Notes: generated by a model from the letters alone, not told the origin. Counted from the stretch's first letter, positions 1 through 12,401 are shown. The stretch: DNA of 64,000 nucleotides from Octopus bimaculoides (GCF_001194135.2 NC_068991.1:54102140-54166139), one strand, 5' to 3'. Numbers and translations: made by a program.

Positions 1-461
1 TTGCTTCCCAGATCTGAGAATGGAATACTTTTCTCTGTCATCTGTCTGTAGAAAATTACATTTTTTTAAACTACCTTGGCCCCACATCCTTTGCAACATT
101 TTTTTGGCAATCATCCAGAAAATAAGTATTTTATTTCACAGAACCACCCAACTCTTATTCATGAGAATTGTTCTTTGTTCATCATCTTCATTATCATTTA
201 ATGTCCACTTTTCCATACTTGCATGAGGCAGGATTTCTATGACCAGATGATATATACGTGTGTGTGTTGAGGATGCAGTGAGACTGAATCCTCAACCACA
301 TGGTTGGGAAGCCAGCTGAACCACATAGCCATGCCTATGCCTCTTTATGCCTTGTTACATAAATTATTGAAAGAAGTATTCTTAATATTGCATTTTAAAT
401 TGATATCTGTAATGTTTCCCACTGCTAAAATTTTAAACAAATCAGAATATTATTTGAGAAT

Positions 462-816
462 TACCGCATTTCAAGGCATTGATGCACTTCTTTTTTTTTC
501 CTAAAAAATGTCCAAAAATCACCCCAGGTCCTATATATATGAAGTTGGGTCTCTTCCAAGCTAATATTGTCCTGACACTCACTACAGTAGGCTAATTTTA
601 GTCCAGACAGTCTCTTCTATCTAGTTTGATTCCATAATAACAATATTTACTTAAAATCTTATTAATGTTTAAGTAATGTTTTGTAATATTCTGCTTGATT
701 GCTTTAAATATTACATGCTTTAATGTACTAAAAACTATTTTTCCTCAATGTGTGCTGTTGAAAATGAGATGTGTCTAATCTACTTGTGCCTTACTTTTAT
801 GCCATCAAATATAGTA
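462..816. mobile_element. TA-flanked MITE with TACCGTATTTGA.GGCAT-type TIRs (pogo/Tc1-mariner-like)
   Basis: Left end taccgcatttcaaggcat, right end atgccatcaaatatagta. The internal sequence is homologous to 17719-18103. Confidence 0.65.
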
Positions 817-898
817 GGAACCAATAATGACCTAAATAATCTAAAATGTCAGTACATATATATTATTACTAACTTAATGCCAATATACTGGTAATTAT

Positions 899-1265
899 TT
901 TATCTTTTATCTTTTGCTTGTTTCAGTCATTAGACTATGGCCATTCTGGGGCACTGCCTTGAAGAAATTGGTTTTAAATCGAACGAATTGACCCCAGTAC
1001 TCATTTTTGTAAGCCTGGTGCTTATTCTGTTGGTCGAACTGCTAAGTTACAGGGATGTAAACATGCCAACACTGGTTGTCAAGCAGTGGTGGTGGTGGTG
1101 GTGGTGGGGGACAAACACACACAAACAATGGCTTCTTTCAGTTTCTGTTTACTGAATACACTCACAAGGCTTTGGTCAGCATGAGGCTATAGTTGAAAAG
1201 ACTTGCCCAAGGTGCCATGTGGTTGGGAAGCAAATGTCTTAACACACAGCCGCACTTGTGCCTAT
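899..1265 (-). mobile_element. Composite tRNA-derived SINE (head GGCTGTGTGGTAAGAAG / CCTTGGGCAAGTGTCTT, internal microsatellite, GACTGAAAC tail)
   Basis: Same architecture recurs at 14235-14600, 14900-15365, 20755-21210, 28315-28715, 36330-36970 (+), 39690-40105 and 51585-51975. Confidence 0.75.
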
Positions 1266-1407
1266 TTGGGTAATTATTTTCTGAAAGTATTCTGAAAATC
1301 AAAATATTTTCTATTGTTTATTGCAGGTAAACACTGAGTCTGCTATATAAACCACCATAGATTTATTGGCCATCTGCTTAAAGGACCTTTCTACAAAATA
1401 AGGAACC

Positions 1408-1419
1408 ATGGCAAGTCAG
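1408..1419 (+). CDS. CCDC9: CCDC9-like candidate first coding exon (MASQ); exon 1327-1419 includes 5' UTR
   Basis: Acceptor ttgcag ends at 1326. ATG lies in a strong context (aaccATGg), and the donor CAG|gtaatg is at 1420, phase 0. Confidence 0.6.
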
Positions 1420-1425
1420 GTAATG

Positions 1426-1656
1426 TTAATCCTTTTGTAACCATATTTCTATTGACAAAACACTGCCATTATTTCAATAATTTTGAAAATAATGAAAAAT
1501 TTAGTCAAGTAACATTGTCAGTACTAAGCTAATGTTTGGAACATAAATTAAGCTGAAATTTTGAGCAAAGGTTTTACTTCAAATCACTTTAAATCATGAA
1601 ATTCATACAATAGAACCAAGGATGGTCTTGAATAGGTTGGTATGAAAAGGAGTTAA
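1426..1656. mobile_element. TTAA-flanked MITE (piggyBac-type ends), family 2
   Basis: ttaatccttttgtaacc...tatgaaaaggagttaa; related copy at 4083-4303. Confidence 0.6.
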
Positions 1657-1750
1657 ACATAACAAGATTTTCAAACTGGAGATCATTAGGAGAATAAAAA
1701 AAAATTTCGTTTTTTAATGTCTTTTTATTTCTGATTTAGTGGTTAGAATA

Positions 1751-3080
1751 TCAGGTCATCCCATAAGATCTGTCCGAATTTTGAATAATGAAAGCAAGTG
1801 ATCAAATGTTATATTTAATAGAAATTTAATCATCAATGTACTTTCCCTGATTATCTATGACTTGCTTCCATCTATATACAAGCTTTTTAATCCCATCAAT
1901 GTAAAACTCTTTTGGTTTCACAAAGTGAAGAACTCTGAAATGTCAGTTTCAACCTCCTCTTGGCTTGCGAAAGTTATGTGCCCCAAATGATTCTGTAAAC
2001 TACGAAGCAAATGGTAGTCTGAAGGAACAAGGTCGGGAGAATAAGGTGGATGAGGAATTTTTTCCCAACCAAGCTCTTCGATCTTCTGTGATGTGATCTT
2101 TGCAGTGTGGGGTCATGCATTGTCCTGATGAAACATCAGCCCTTTTCGAGTCACTAAAGCGGGTCTTTTTTTCTTCAAAGCTTGGTTCAAACGCTTTAAT
2201 TGCTGACAGTAGACTTGAGCAGTGATTGTTGCATTAGGTGGTAACAATTCAAAGTAAATTACTCCTTTGCAATCCCACCAGATAGAGAGAAGAACTTTNN
2301 NNNNNNNNNNNNNNNNNNNNNNNNNNNNNNNNNNNNNNNNNNNNNNNNNNNNNNNNNNNNNNNNNNNNNNNNNNNNNNNNNNNNNNNNNNNNNNNNNNNN
2401 NNNNNNNNNNNNNNNNNNNNNNNNNNNNNNNNNNNNNNNNNNNNNNNNNNNNNNNNNNNNNNNNNNNNNNNNNNNNNNNNNNNNNNNNNNNNNNNNNNNN
2501 NNNNNNNNNNNNNNNNNNNNNNNNNNNNNNNNNNNNNNNNNNNNNNNNNNNNNNNNNNNNNNNNNNNNNNNNNNNNNNNNNNNNNNNNNNNNNNNNNNNN
2601 NNNNNNNNNNNNNNNNNNNNNNNNNNNNNNNNNNNNNNNNNNNNNNNNNNNNNNNNNNNNNNNNNNNNNNNNNNNNNNNNNNNNNNNNNNNNNNNNNNNN
2701 NNNNNNNNNNNNNNNNNNNNNNNNNNNNNNNNNNNNNNNNNNNNNNNNNNNNNNNNNNNNNNNNNNNNNNNNNNNNNNNNNNNNNNNNCAAGCATTCTTT
2801 CCCTGTGTGTATGTTTCGAGTCACTTCGGCTGCAGAGTTTCCTTTTTTGTACTTATAAAGCATTATGTGCCTCAAATCCTTTTTGGATACTTCCATGTCA
2901 GAAATGGTTTTAATCAAAGAAATTTTAATTCTATTATTCTGTAAAATAATATTTGATTAGTTTAAATGTATACAAATGCATAAAAATAATTTTTAATTCC
3001 ATTAGACATTCTAAAATACTATTAAATTTCATTCAATTTTAAAAAAGGTAAAATCGGACAGAACTTATGAGATGACCTGA
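1751..3080 (-). mobile_element. Defective mariner (DD34D) transposon, ~1.33 kb including the gap
   Basis: 27-bp TIRs tcaggtcatcccataagatctgtccga (1751-1777) and tcggacagaacttatgagatgacctga (3054-3080), 2 mismatches, TA on the left. N-terminus MEVSKKDLRHIMLYKYKKGNSAAEVTRNI. C-terminus HQDNA*PHTA...WEKIPHPPYSPDLVPSDYHL, with 34 residues between the two Asp residues and a TGA stop at 2113-2115. N gap at 2299-2788. Confidence 0.95.
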
Positions 3081-3305
3081 TCTTTTGGTTCACGATCCTG
3101 AGTTTGACTCCCAGCAGCATGTTCTGTCCTTAAGCAAGTCCACTCAGCTGGCAAAAATTAGTTGCACCTGTATTTCAAAGGGCCAACCTTGTCACATTCT
3201 GTGTCTGTGGAGTGCTCAGCCATTTGCACATTAATTTCATGAGCAGGCTGTTCTGTTGATTGGATCATCTGGAGCCCTTGTCTTAACCAACGGAGTGCCA
3301 GTTTA
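3081..3305 (+). mobile_element. tRNA/CORE-like SINE, 3' portion (head split by the mariner insertion)
   Basis: B-box-like gagtttgactccc, CCTTAAGCAAG core and CACTCAGCTGGCAAAAAT body; the A-box part lies at 1732-1750. Confidence 0.65.
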
Positions 3306-3429
3306 AACAGTAAATTATTTTGTTTAGTGTTGGGAGGATAAACAGGGTTCAGTTTTAGTTTTCTTGCTCCTTTTGACACCATGTTTATATTGAAATATAC
3401 TGTTTGTGTTTGAATTAATTTTGAAACTA

Positions 3430-3998
3430 ATCATCATCATCATCATTATCATCATTTAATGTCTGCTTTCCATGCTGGCATGGGTTGGACAATTTGACAT
3501 GGAGCTGGCTAGCAAATCTGTCCAGACTCCAATTGTCTGTTGTGGCATGGTTTCTATGGCTGGATGCCCTTCCTAATGCCATCCACTTAACAGAGTGCAC
3601 TGGGTGCTTTTCATGTGCCACCTGCACAGGTGTGTTTATGTAGCACCAGTATAGATGCGTTAATGCAGCACCAGCATAGGTGCTTTTTAAGTGACACTGG
3701 CACCTGAAAGGACAAATCTCTATGTGTGGAAGACAGCAATTTTATTTAGTTTGGCACAACTTATCAAGTACAGAAAATTGCCACATCTACTGGTCCCTTG
3801 TCATTTTTTCAGTGAGGTCCAGTGTCTGAAGATCCTTTCTCACTACTTCGTCCCATATCTTCTTGGGTCTACCTCTTCCATAGGTACCTTCTATAGTTAG
3901 AGCTTGGCACTTCTTTGTGCAGCTTCCCTCATCCACACGCATCACATGACCAAACCAGCATGGTCTTCCCTCTTGCACATAACAATTGATGTCTCTTA
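3430..3998 (-). mobile_element. 5'-truncated RTE-clade LINE (ORF C-terminus, 3' UTR and (GAT)n tail)
   Basis: Minus ORF CWFGHVMR...GRGRPKKIWDEVVRKDL is a typical RTE C-terminus. It is followed by the GGATGCCCTTCCTAATGCC UTR and a catcat tail. Confidence 0.85.
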
Positions 3999-4082
3999 TA
4001 CCTCTTAAATCATTTAAAAACTGGGTATAAGAGGCACCTGTAGATTATTTCTCGTTAATTAATCTGGAGTTTGGAACATAAA

Positions 4083-4303
4083 TTAACCTGTCTGTTACCA
4101 TATTTCTGTTGAGATATTCTGTGTTTACTTCAATTAATTTTAAATATAATGAAGAATTTAGTAAAATAACTCTGTTATTGTTAAGCTAGTCTTAGGAACA
4201 TAAAATATGGACTAAATTTTGGTGGAAGATTTTAATTATGAACTTCTAAAAGCAAAACATTTGTTGCGGGCAGTCTCAGGATGGTTGATATAAAAAGGGT
4301 TAA
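4083..4303. mobile_element. TTAA-flanked MITE, family 2
   Basis: ttaacctgtctgttacc...ataaaaagggttaa; homologous to 1426-1656. Confidence 0.6.
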
Positions 4304-5334
4304 CATGGAATTTTGATGGAAGGTTTTAATTTAAATCACTTTAAAAGAAGAAGTTTGTACCATAGAACTATAAGCTTGGCTTTTGGTGAATTGGTATCAA
4401 AAGCGTTAAACCCCTTAATAGCTGTGTGAGGCTGATATGATTCTGCTTTGTGTAATTTGATGACTGGAAGAAAGATGTGGCCACTGGGTGAATCAAGCAG
4501 GGTGACCAGAATAAAATCAAGTATATCATGTAGGTCTAAGTAGATCTGGTCCAGAATTAGAAAGTCCAAAAGAGCATCAAGTTTTGTTGTAATTTACTTA
4601 TATTTTAAAAGATTATTTTATTTAATCAGAGGAAGGAAGGACAGGCTCCATGTCCATTCTACAGAGATCCGTAGACTGGAGGAATAAAAATGACTCCTAA
4701 GCTTCTCTTGTAGAAAACAGTGTATCAATATATTAAGTTATCTTTAGACCAGTGACCTACACAGAATGCTTGCAACTGAGCAAAGTCCAGTAAAGACACC
4801 ACAGGTCGAGTGGTGGTAATGGACAGTGGATTGTGTCTGGTTATTTGACCACCCCGACCCACTCCAGCATGCCAGTTTTGCTATAAGTAGCACTGAGTGG
4901 CTGCTTTAACTCACGTTAGCTGTGTTGTATTCTAGTTGTCTGACTCTTTACTAACAAATGAGCAGTTGAAATAGCTGTAGCCCACAGTGGCTTATATAAA
5001 TTTAACTGGAAGTTTATATGTGTGTGTGTTTCACATACACGCGCACATATATATATGTACACACTCAGACATTTATACATTAACACGTTCTCACTATATA
5101 TTTGTCTCTCAAAGAATGTTATCACCCCTGCTATACTGTCTGACAATAAACCACGTGTATGCACTTCAAGAATCAATCTATTTTCCCATCAAATAACTAT
5201 GATAGTGACTGTTGAAACGACAGGGCTGGGTGAATCATGCTGCTAAGCCCTGATGTTGAGATCACTCCCTTTTTTTAAAATTTGAAATAAACATTGTCTG
5301 TCTATCGGATATTCATCATCATTATCATCATCAA

Positions 5335-5585
5335 CCCCTGGACATTAGGATATGTAGGGCAGATTACCTGGTTTCCTTGGTATGTAAGTGACTGAGATCA
5401 CGACATTCCCCTAAACAGGAAGCCATTTCATTGCAGAGTTATTCATTTACAGTTGAGTGAACTGAAGCAATGTGATATGAAGTGTTTTTGCTCAAGAACA
5501 CAACTCATCACCCTGTCTGAGAATTGAAATTACAATCTTGCAATTGTGAGTGTAACAACTGAACCACTAGGCCATGCGCTTCCAC
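5335..5585 (-). mobile_element. tRNA/CORE-like SINE with alternative body
   Basis: Minus strand has A box TGGCCTAGTGG and TTGTGTTCTTGAGCAAAAACACTT core. Confidence 0.6.
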
Positions 5586-6720
5586 CTATTCTATCTTATA
5601 CTCAGTTACTGGAAAATGATATTAGAAATCTTTTATTAAGGACAATGTTTTATGGACTCTATTAGTGTGTTACAGACAATTCTGTCCTATATTTTGTGCC
5701 ACTTTTTCCAGCCTGTGTCTCACTACTTCAATGAAGACCAGTTTCATGTTAAGAGAGGAAAGTTATTAGTCCCACAATAATTGGATTTTTTGTTGCACCC
5801 CTCAGTTGAGGCCTTCTTCATTGCTATCTTGAGCATCTCCTCTGTTGTTCTTCACATCATTCTGAGTGAGCTTGCAAACATTTTAAGGCAAAGTAGGCAC
5901 AAATGTGGCTGTGTGGTAAAGAAGCTAGCTTCCTAACTATGTAGTCTTGGGTTCAGTTACACAATTCAGCCCTTGGACAAGTGTCTTCTCTTTAGTCCCA
6001 GGCTGACCAAAACATTGTGAGTGAATTTGGTATGGGGGAAACCGAAAGAGGCCCGCTGTGATGTGTGTATGACTTTTCCATGCTTGCATGGATAAGTAGA
6101 TATTAAATGATGATGATGATGATGATGATGATGTTAATAATTAACTTGAAAATCAGTACAGACAAAACTAAAATTCTTTCAACTGGTTTCACAAACAAAT
6201 ATAAGTGTGATATCACAGTTGGTGATGTTGTTACAAACGTGTGAATGTGTCAATCTGGATTCATCCTTTTCTGTCAACCAGTCAACCCAAAATGGAAAAT
6301 AAAAACCTTGTTTATGCTGCCAAGAACAGAGAACAATCTCATCACAAAATTAGATTTTTCCAGGCACTTGTACAATGTTTTCTCCTACTGTTGTTAAATT
6401 TGTGCCCCTATGCAGTCAAGATCTCTGTTTCTTGGAGTTATTTTGACAGCTGATCCTTGCAAGAGTTACCATCTGTTTGACAAGCCAGTGAAAGAGCTTC
6501 TGTGTGATCACACAACCTTTTAGAAATAGCAAACAGTTTTCTCAGATCACAACTTGTATATTAGAAAAAAAGGGAAGTCACATTGAATAATGTATTTCTG
6601 AAGACTTTATAGTGCTCTTCCTAGTGAATGCATATGGCTTAGTGGTTAGAGTATTCTACTCATGATCATAAGGCCATGAGTTTCTTTCTGGTAGTACATT
6701 GTATCCTCTAGCAAGATACT

Positions 6721-7045
6721 TTATTAGCTCCACCTTAGTGAAGGCAGAGGTATTGTTTTTGGTCATATTTGTTTGTTTGTCCGTGGACAAGATATCTCAA
6801 GAACTGCTTGATGGATTGGGACGAAACTTTCAAGGATGTTTGGCCTTGTGACTGGTGCAAACTGATTAGATTTTGGGATTTATCCGTTACCGGACAAGGA
6901 TTCTGGATTATTTTACCTGTTTTTTTTTTTAGTTAATTTTTGAGAGCGGTTGGGTTCATTTTTAGTATTCTCGTTTGTGAGAGCAGTTGAGTTTATTCCA
7001 GATATTCTCATTTTAAAGATCATCTCCAGCTAATCAGTGAGAGAA
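6721..7045 (+). mobile_element. DINE-1/HINE-like (Helentron-associated) non-autonomous element, 3'-truncated
   Basis: Homologous to 52132-52503; carries the 5' hairpin remnant and GTTT microsatellite. Confidence 0.6.
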
Positions 7046-7129
7046 GACATGTCTAGTTAAGTAAAAGCATGGTCGTCTGCATCCTTTTCCATCTGTGCAT
7101 TCCTAATTTTGTGGGCTTGTGGGTGCTGG

Positions 7130-7352
7130 TGCCATGAAAAAAGCACTTGAACCGGTATTACGTAAATGCATCTGTGCCAGTGCTGTGTAAAAGTAGCCAC
7201 TGCACTCTGTAAAATGGTTGGCATTAGGAAGGGCATCCAGCCGTAGAGACCATGCCAAAACAGGCATGGAGCCTGAGCAGTGCTTCAGCTGGCCAGCTCC
7301 TGTCAAACCATCCAACCCATGCGAGCATAGAAAACAGATCTTAAATGATGAT
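7130..7352 (+). mobile_element. RTE 3'-UTR-derived repeat copy
   Basis: GGCATTAGGAAGGGCATCCAGC core and GATGAT tail. Other copies at ~19205-19420, 19895-20052, 24030-24280, 27730-27915, 42700-42900, 43548-44010, 50052-50350, 53730-53995, 54295-54580, 61760-61990 and 63410-63570. Confidence 0.75.
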
Positions 7353-7355
7353 GCT

Positions 7356-7582
7356 TTAACCCTTTTGTATTTAGATTACTTTATCCAATGAAATGCTTTT
7401 TTATTCAGATTTTTTCAATTAATCATTCATTATCTTGTAACTTGTAGATTTCGATAGCATGATTGTATGGTTTTGGAATGACATTGTAGAGTGGGTGTGA
7501 GAGGCCAGATCTGGCTTGTTTCACCATAAAATGAGTAGAATATTTGAACCAGACATGGCCAGTTTCAATGTTAAAGGGTTAA
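7356..7582 (-). mobile_element. TTAA-flanked MITE, family 1 (piggyBac-type CCCTTT ends)
   Basis: TTAAcccttt...aaagggTTAA, ~225 bp. Confidence 0.8.
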
Positions 7583-7806
7583 TTTTGCCTAAAAGCTATT
7601 TTGCCTGTGTGTCTTTTATGCCCTCAAATACGGTAATTTTATAAAAATAAGGAGAAGTAATCTAAGCAAAGGATCTAAATTGATGAGGAAAATGCAAGTT
7701 TCAAATATTATTTATTGGACTCATTAATTCAAATATAGTAGGGTCTCACACATATTGAATTGAGATTATTCAACCATTTAGTATATAAAAACTCCCTTAG
7801 AAGTCT

Positions 7807-8025
7807 TTAGCCCTTCAGCATTTAAACCAGCCATATCCGATCCAAATATTCTATTTGTTTTCAAACTGGCCAGATTTGGTTTCTCAAACCTACCCTAAAA
7901 TGTCATTCTAAACATATATAATCACATCATTGAAATTTTAAAACTGCAAGATAATACAGGATTAATTCAAAACTGAATAAATAATCATTACGTTTGATAG
8001 AGTAATCTGAATGCCAAAGGGTTAA
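7807..8025 (+). mobile_element. TTAA-flanked MITE, family 1
   Basis: ttagcccttcagcatttaaaccagcc...gaatgccaaagggttaa. Further copies at 30497-30722, 33833-34060, 49837-50051, 50879-51091 and 54790-55343. Confidence 0.8.
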
Positions 8026-8963
8026 AACCTGGGAAGGGCTAAGATGGGAGATAACTCCACTATTATTAAAACATTTTGGACGTAGTTTATGATTTATTGT
8101 ACTGCATAATGTAAGATGAATTTGCATTTAAATTTAAATATATTTATAGCTAACTTAATATTCTAATTTGGAAAGTATTAATAAAGTAGTTAATTTAGTC
8201 TTCTGAAATGAATTAATCCTCTCATATAAATCAATTAAAAATTGAAGTTTACTCAATTATTTGCCATTAAATTATTTACAACTATCCACTTTTTTTAAAA
8301 AAAAGCAATTTAATCTTTTAATATCATTGGCAAATCTTTCAGTGTTGAAGGGAGATAACTTGTGTTTATCATTAAATTTCATGCTAAAGTATTTTCTTCA
8401 GTAAAATAAGAAGTGTTGGACGGTTATTGATTGAGCCAACCATTCAACTAACAGTATATTATTGATGCTTTAGTTCTAGTATGAAGAGAAATATTTCAAG
8501 TTTATTCTGGATTTTGAGCTTAGAAGCACAAAACAAAAACAAAAAAAAAAATAAATAATATCAACTTTGAACCTCTACACTGTGTACCAACCCCTAACAC
8601 CTCACTTAGTACTAATTGAAAGACTAAAGCTGTTCCATCTTTTGCACCTTTCCCCTGTGACAATGTAAAGAAACTTGTGACTTAACTTTTCCTTGATTTC
8701 AGTTCACTCTTCCTTCTTTTGTACTTCCTCCCTTCATGTTCTTTAATCTTTTCATTGTCTTTCAAATACTTCTGGACCAACCAATCCCCTGGACATATCC
8801 TGATTTCTGTGTTATGTCTGATTGAATTTACGGAGTATTATTTCTTGACAGTACATTTATTCCCATTTAATGAACTTAGTTTGAAAGTTTCTCAAATTTC
8901 ACTGATATGAGAGACAAATATTTAAAAGACAACATAGATTTATGTATACTTTTAGGAAATCAG

Positions 8964-9014
8964 CTGAACGTGTTACGTTCTGGTCACCTTTCACCTGATG
9001 ACATCAACATGCAG
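8964..9014 (+). CDS. CCDC9: CCDC9-like exon (LNVLRSGHLSPDDINMQ)
   Basis: 51 nt, phase 0-0. Acceptor aatcag ends at 8963 (an alternative ttttag ends at 8955); donor CAG|gtagtt. Confidence 0.55.
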
Positions 9015-9579
9015 GTAGTTAATTACATCCAGTTAAAAATTGAAAATGTAAAGAAATTTTTTTAAACCTTCTTAAAAGTTGGCATTTTTAAAATATGAAA
9101 TGTAATATTTGCTGTTAAGCTGTGCTCGTTAATTATGTAATTATTTGAATTAAGTTATTGTTTAGACAATTAAGTGAATATTTAAACTTTAAAGACATTA
9201 ATCCAAAAAGATGTTTTTTTTAAAGAAAAATATCATTTTTGATATGCAACCCATTCAATTTATTTATATATATTTTTTTCCTTTTGAATTATCATATCAT
9301 AAGTGTCTTCTTATCAATATTCAAAGTAATTTTCTTTGTTTTATAATGTCTTGGCAATCATAATTTCCACTTGTGTGCAAAGACATGTATTCGCATTCTT
9401 TTCATTAATTACTGTGAGCATCGTGTTCACCTACATGCCAACTCTTAGACAGACATGCATGCAGATACTTTAAATAGAGAAAAGGTATAGTTGATTGAAT
9501 GATTACAAAGGTGAGTTTATTATTTCACCTGTCCATTGACTAGTTTCTTTTTTTTCCCCTCATTCTTTTTACAATATAG

Positions 9580-9702
9580 CACATGAATGCCGACAAAGAA
9601 CTTTTTCTGGACATACTCACCAAAGAGGAACGAGAAGCTTTATTGACTAAAAAAATGGAGGAAATTCGAAAAAAGAATGAAGCTCTTCGGAAAAGGCATG
9701 AA
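9580..9702 (+). CDS. CCDC9: CCDC9-like exon, N-terminal coiled coil (HMNADKELFLDILTKEEREALLTKKMEEIRKKNEALRKRHE)
   Basis: Long polypyrimidine tract plus atag acceptor; donor GAA|gtatgt; 123 nt, phase 0-0; matches the CCDC9 N-terminus. Confidence 0.92.
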
Positions 9703-10255
9703 GTATGTCTTTCTAGAATTTTTCTTAATTCTTAAACTTTTCATTTTCCTTTCCATTTGTTTTTCAATTTGTTAGCATATTATCCTTTGTGCAGATATTT
9801 AATCATTTTTGTTTGTATCAAACTTTTTATTCATATTTTTAATAGATTAACTTTTAATTTCTTCATTTGGAAAAAAAAAAAAGAAATATTTAATCAATGT
9901 TACATAATTTTAGTTATAACCATGGATATTGAAAAAAAAAAAACAATTCTTATTTTAGCTGGTTTCATTTATTCATTTTCAAAAATTTTTTTTCCCACAT
10001 TTTCTACTTTATTTTTGGGAATATTAGTTCTTGAAAACTTTGCTGTTAAAAAAATGAAGGCAAGATTTGTCAAAAAGGAGAGAATTTTGTAAACAACTGT
10101 AACAAATAATCACTTCACTTGTCTACAAATGGTTATATGGCATGCTGATGGGTATATAAAGTGATTTATATACAAGCACACCACCATAAAATCAAATGGG
10201 TTGGCATATTTATTACTATTGCTATTATTATTATTATAATTATTATTATTATTAA

Positions 10256-10477
10256 GGCAGTGCACTGGCAGAATCCTTAGCACTCTGGGTAAAATGCTTA
10301 GTGGCATTTTTTCCATCTTTATGTTTTGTGTTCAAATTCTGCCAAGGTCAACTTTGCCTTTCATCCTTTTTGGGAGTCAATAAATTAAGTACCAGTGAAA
10401 CACTGGAATCAATGTAATCAACTAGTCCCCTCCCACAAAATTGCAGGTCTTGTGCCTTTAGTAGAAAGCATTATTAC

Positions 10478-10518
<41 letters not shown>

Positions 10519-10766
10519 GTAGTAATAAAGGTGGCGAGCTAGCAGAATTGTTAACATGCCAGGCAAAATGCCTGCTATACCATCCGTCATTACATTCTGA
10601 ATTCGAATTCCACCAAGGTCTACTTTGTTTTTCATCCCCTTCAGGGTCAATCAAATAAGTACCAGTTGAACACAGGGGTTGATGTAATTGACTTACTCCA
10701 ACCCACAAACTTGCTGGCCTTGTGCCAAAATTTGAAACCATTATTATTATTATTATTATTTATTAT

Positions 10767-10808
<42 letters not shown>

Positions 10809-11016
10809 AGCAAGCTGGCAGAATTGTTAGTGATTTGAACAATGTACTTAGCGGCATTTCTCCTGGCTTTACATTCTGAGTTCAGATTCCACCATGATCA
10901 ACTCTGTCTTTCATCTTTTTGGGGTCAATAAAATAAGTATCAATTGATTTTCTGGGGTTGATGTAATTGGCAAGCATTGTCCCATCAAATTTCAGGCCTT
11001 GTGCCTAAAGTAAAGA
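10256..11016 (+). mobile_element. Head-to-tail trimer of tRNA-derived SINEs (GCTGGCAGAATCGTTAGC head; GCCTTTCATCC...AAGTACCAG core)
   Basis: Copies at 10256-10469, 10529-10740 and 10810-11016, separated by (ATT)n and (ACT)n tracts. Confidence 0.85.
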
Positions 11017-11351
11017 TTATTATTATTATTAAAAGGCAGACTATATGTGTGTTCTAGCATGTAGTTTGTGTTAGGTTCAAGTTGTATTGCAATCAACTTT
11101 ACATTTTTATTTCTACAAAACAAGAGGGGCTGGAAGAGCATTACATTATAGTTATTAGTGGAAGGGAAAAACAAAACATGCTGCTATTATAAATATTCCC
11201 ATATTTGAATATTTCACTTGATAAGGAAATTGGAATGACTAATTTAGAGAAAATTCCCTGCATGTTCTTGTATTCTTCAAGTGGAGAAAAAATAGTTTTA
11301 CATACAAAATGATACTGCTATGTTGTTTCACAAAATATTTCAGGCACATTT

Positions 11352-11388
11352 GAGAGAGAGAGAGAGAGAGAGACACGCACACGCACAC

Positions 11389-11431
<43 letters not shown>
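11352..11431. repeat. (GA)n-(CA)n compound microsatellite
   Basis: Directly visible. Confidence 0.95.
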
Positions 11432-11434
<3 letters not shown>

Positions 11435-12397
11435 ACATACGGCTGTCAGATATGTAATTAGTATTTGTTGCCTACTTTATTTGCCCTGTCTTATGCACTG
11501 AAATACCACTTAGGTCTGTTTAACTCTTTAAGCTGCATATTTTCTCTCTACTTTTTCCAGCCTTTTGCTTCTACCTTATAGCTTTTCATTTGTGACTTGT
11601 GGAAAATAGCTTTAATTGTTCCAGGCAGTCTATGTTGCTGTTGTTATTTCATGCCGTATATCTTCTTAGTTTCCATTTTTAGCTTACTTTTATTTCACTC
11701 CCCACAACTCACTTTCCTTCTAGAGAACGAGACTTGGAAGTTGCTGATGAAAAATATATAAATAAATGAAATAAAAGAAAGAAAGAAACAATCTAGCTGC
11801 TGCTGCTGCTGGTCACATTCTTGTACAGTTGTTGAAAGTGACTTTCCTACTAAGTTTTAATTAGTACTCTGTTAAGAAACCTAGTAGTTTACAATGAATT
11901 ACTCATCTTGACAAAGCTACTTTAACGAAGCTAGAAGGCATAAATTAAATTTGATTTGTTTATTTATTTTTTGGTTTTTATCTTTGTTTCATGTAGAAGA
12001 CTACTGTTTTATTTTGCTGCATATTATTATTATTATTATTATTAATTGTTTAGGGTTTGTTAAATTTGAATTCTTTATATTGCATTAATTCATTCATAAC
12101 TGTTTTTAACAGGTATTCATGACCTGTATTTGTATATTTTTATCAGAAACCTGCAGTCTTGTTTCAATATACTTTCGTTAGTAAGATAGAATTTGATATT
12201 TTGAATTCCAGCAAAAACTGTTGTGTAATATACTTAGTCTTTTAACTTAGTAACAGGAGCAGTTTCTCAGCATTTCAGTTTTGTATTTGGTCTGCAAGTT
12301 TCTTGATGTGAACACATGTCTTGAAACATATTCTGTTATATCTGAGGAAGTTCATTACACCTGTGCACAGAATTCACTGTGCCACACCAGTGTACAT

Positions 12398-12401
<4 letters not shown>

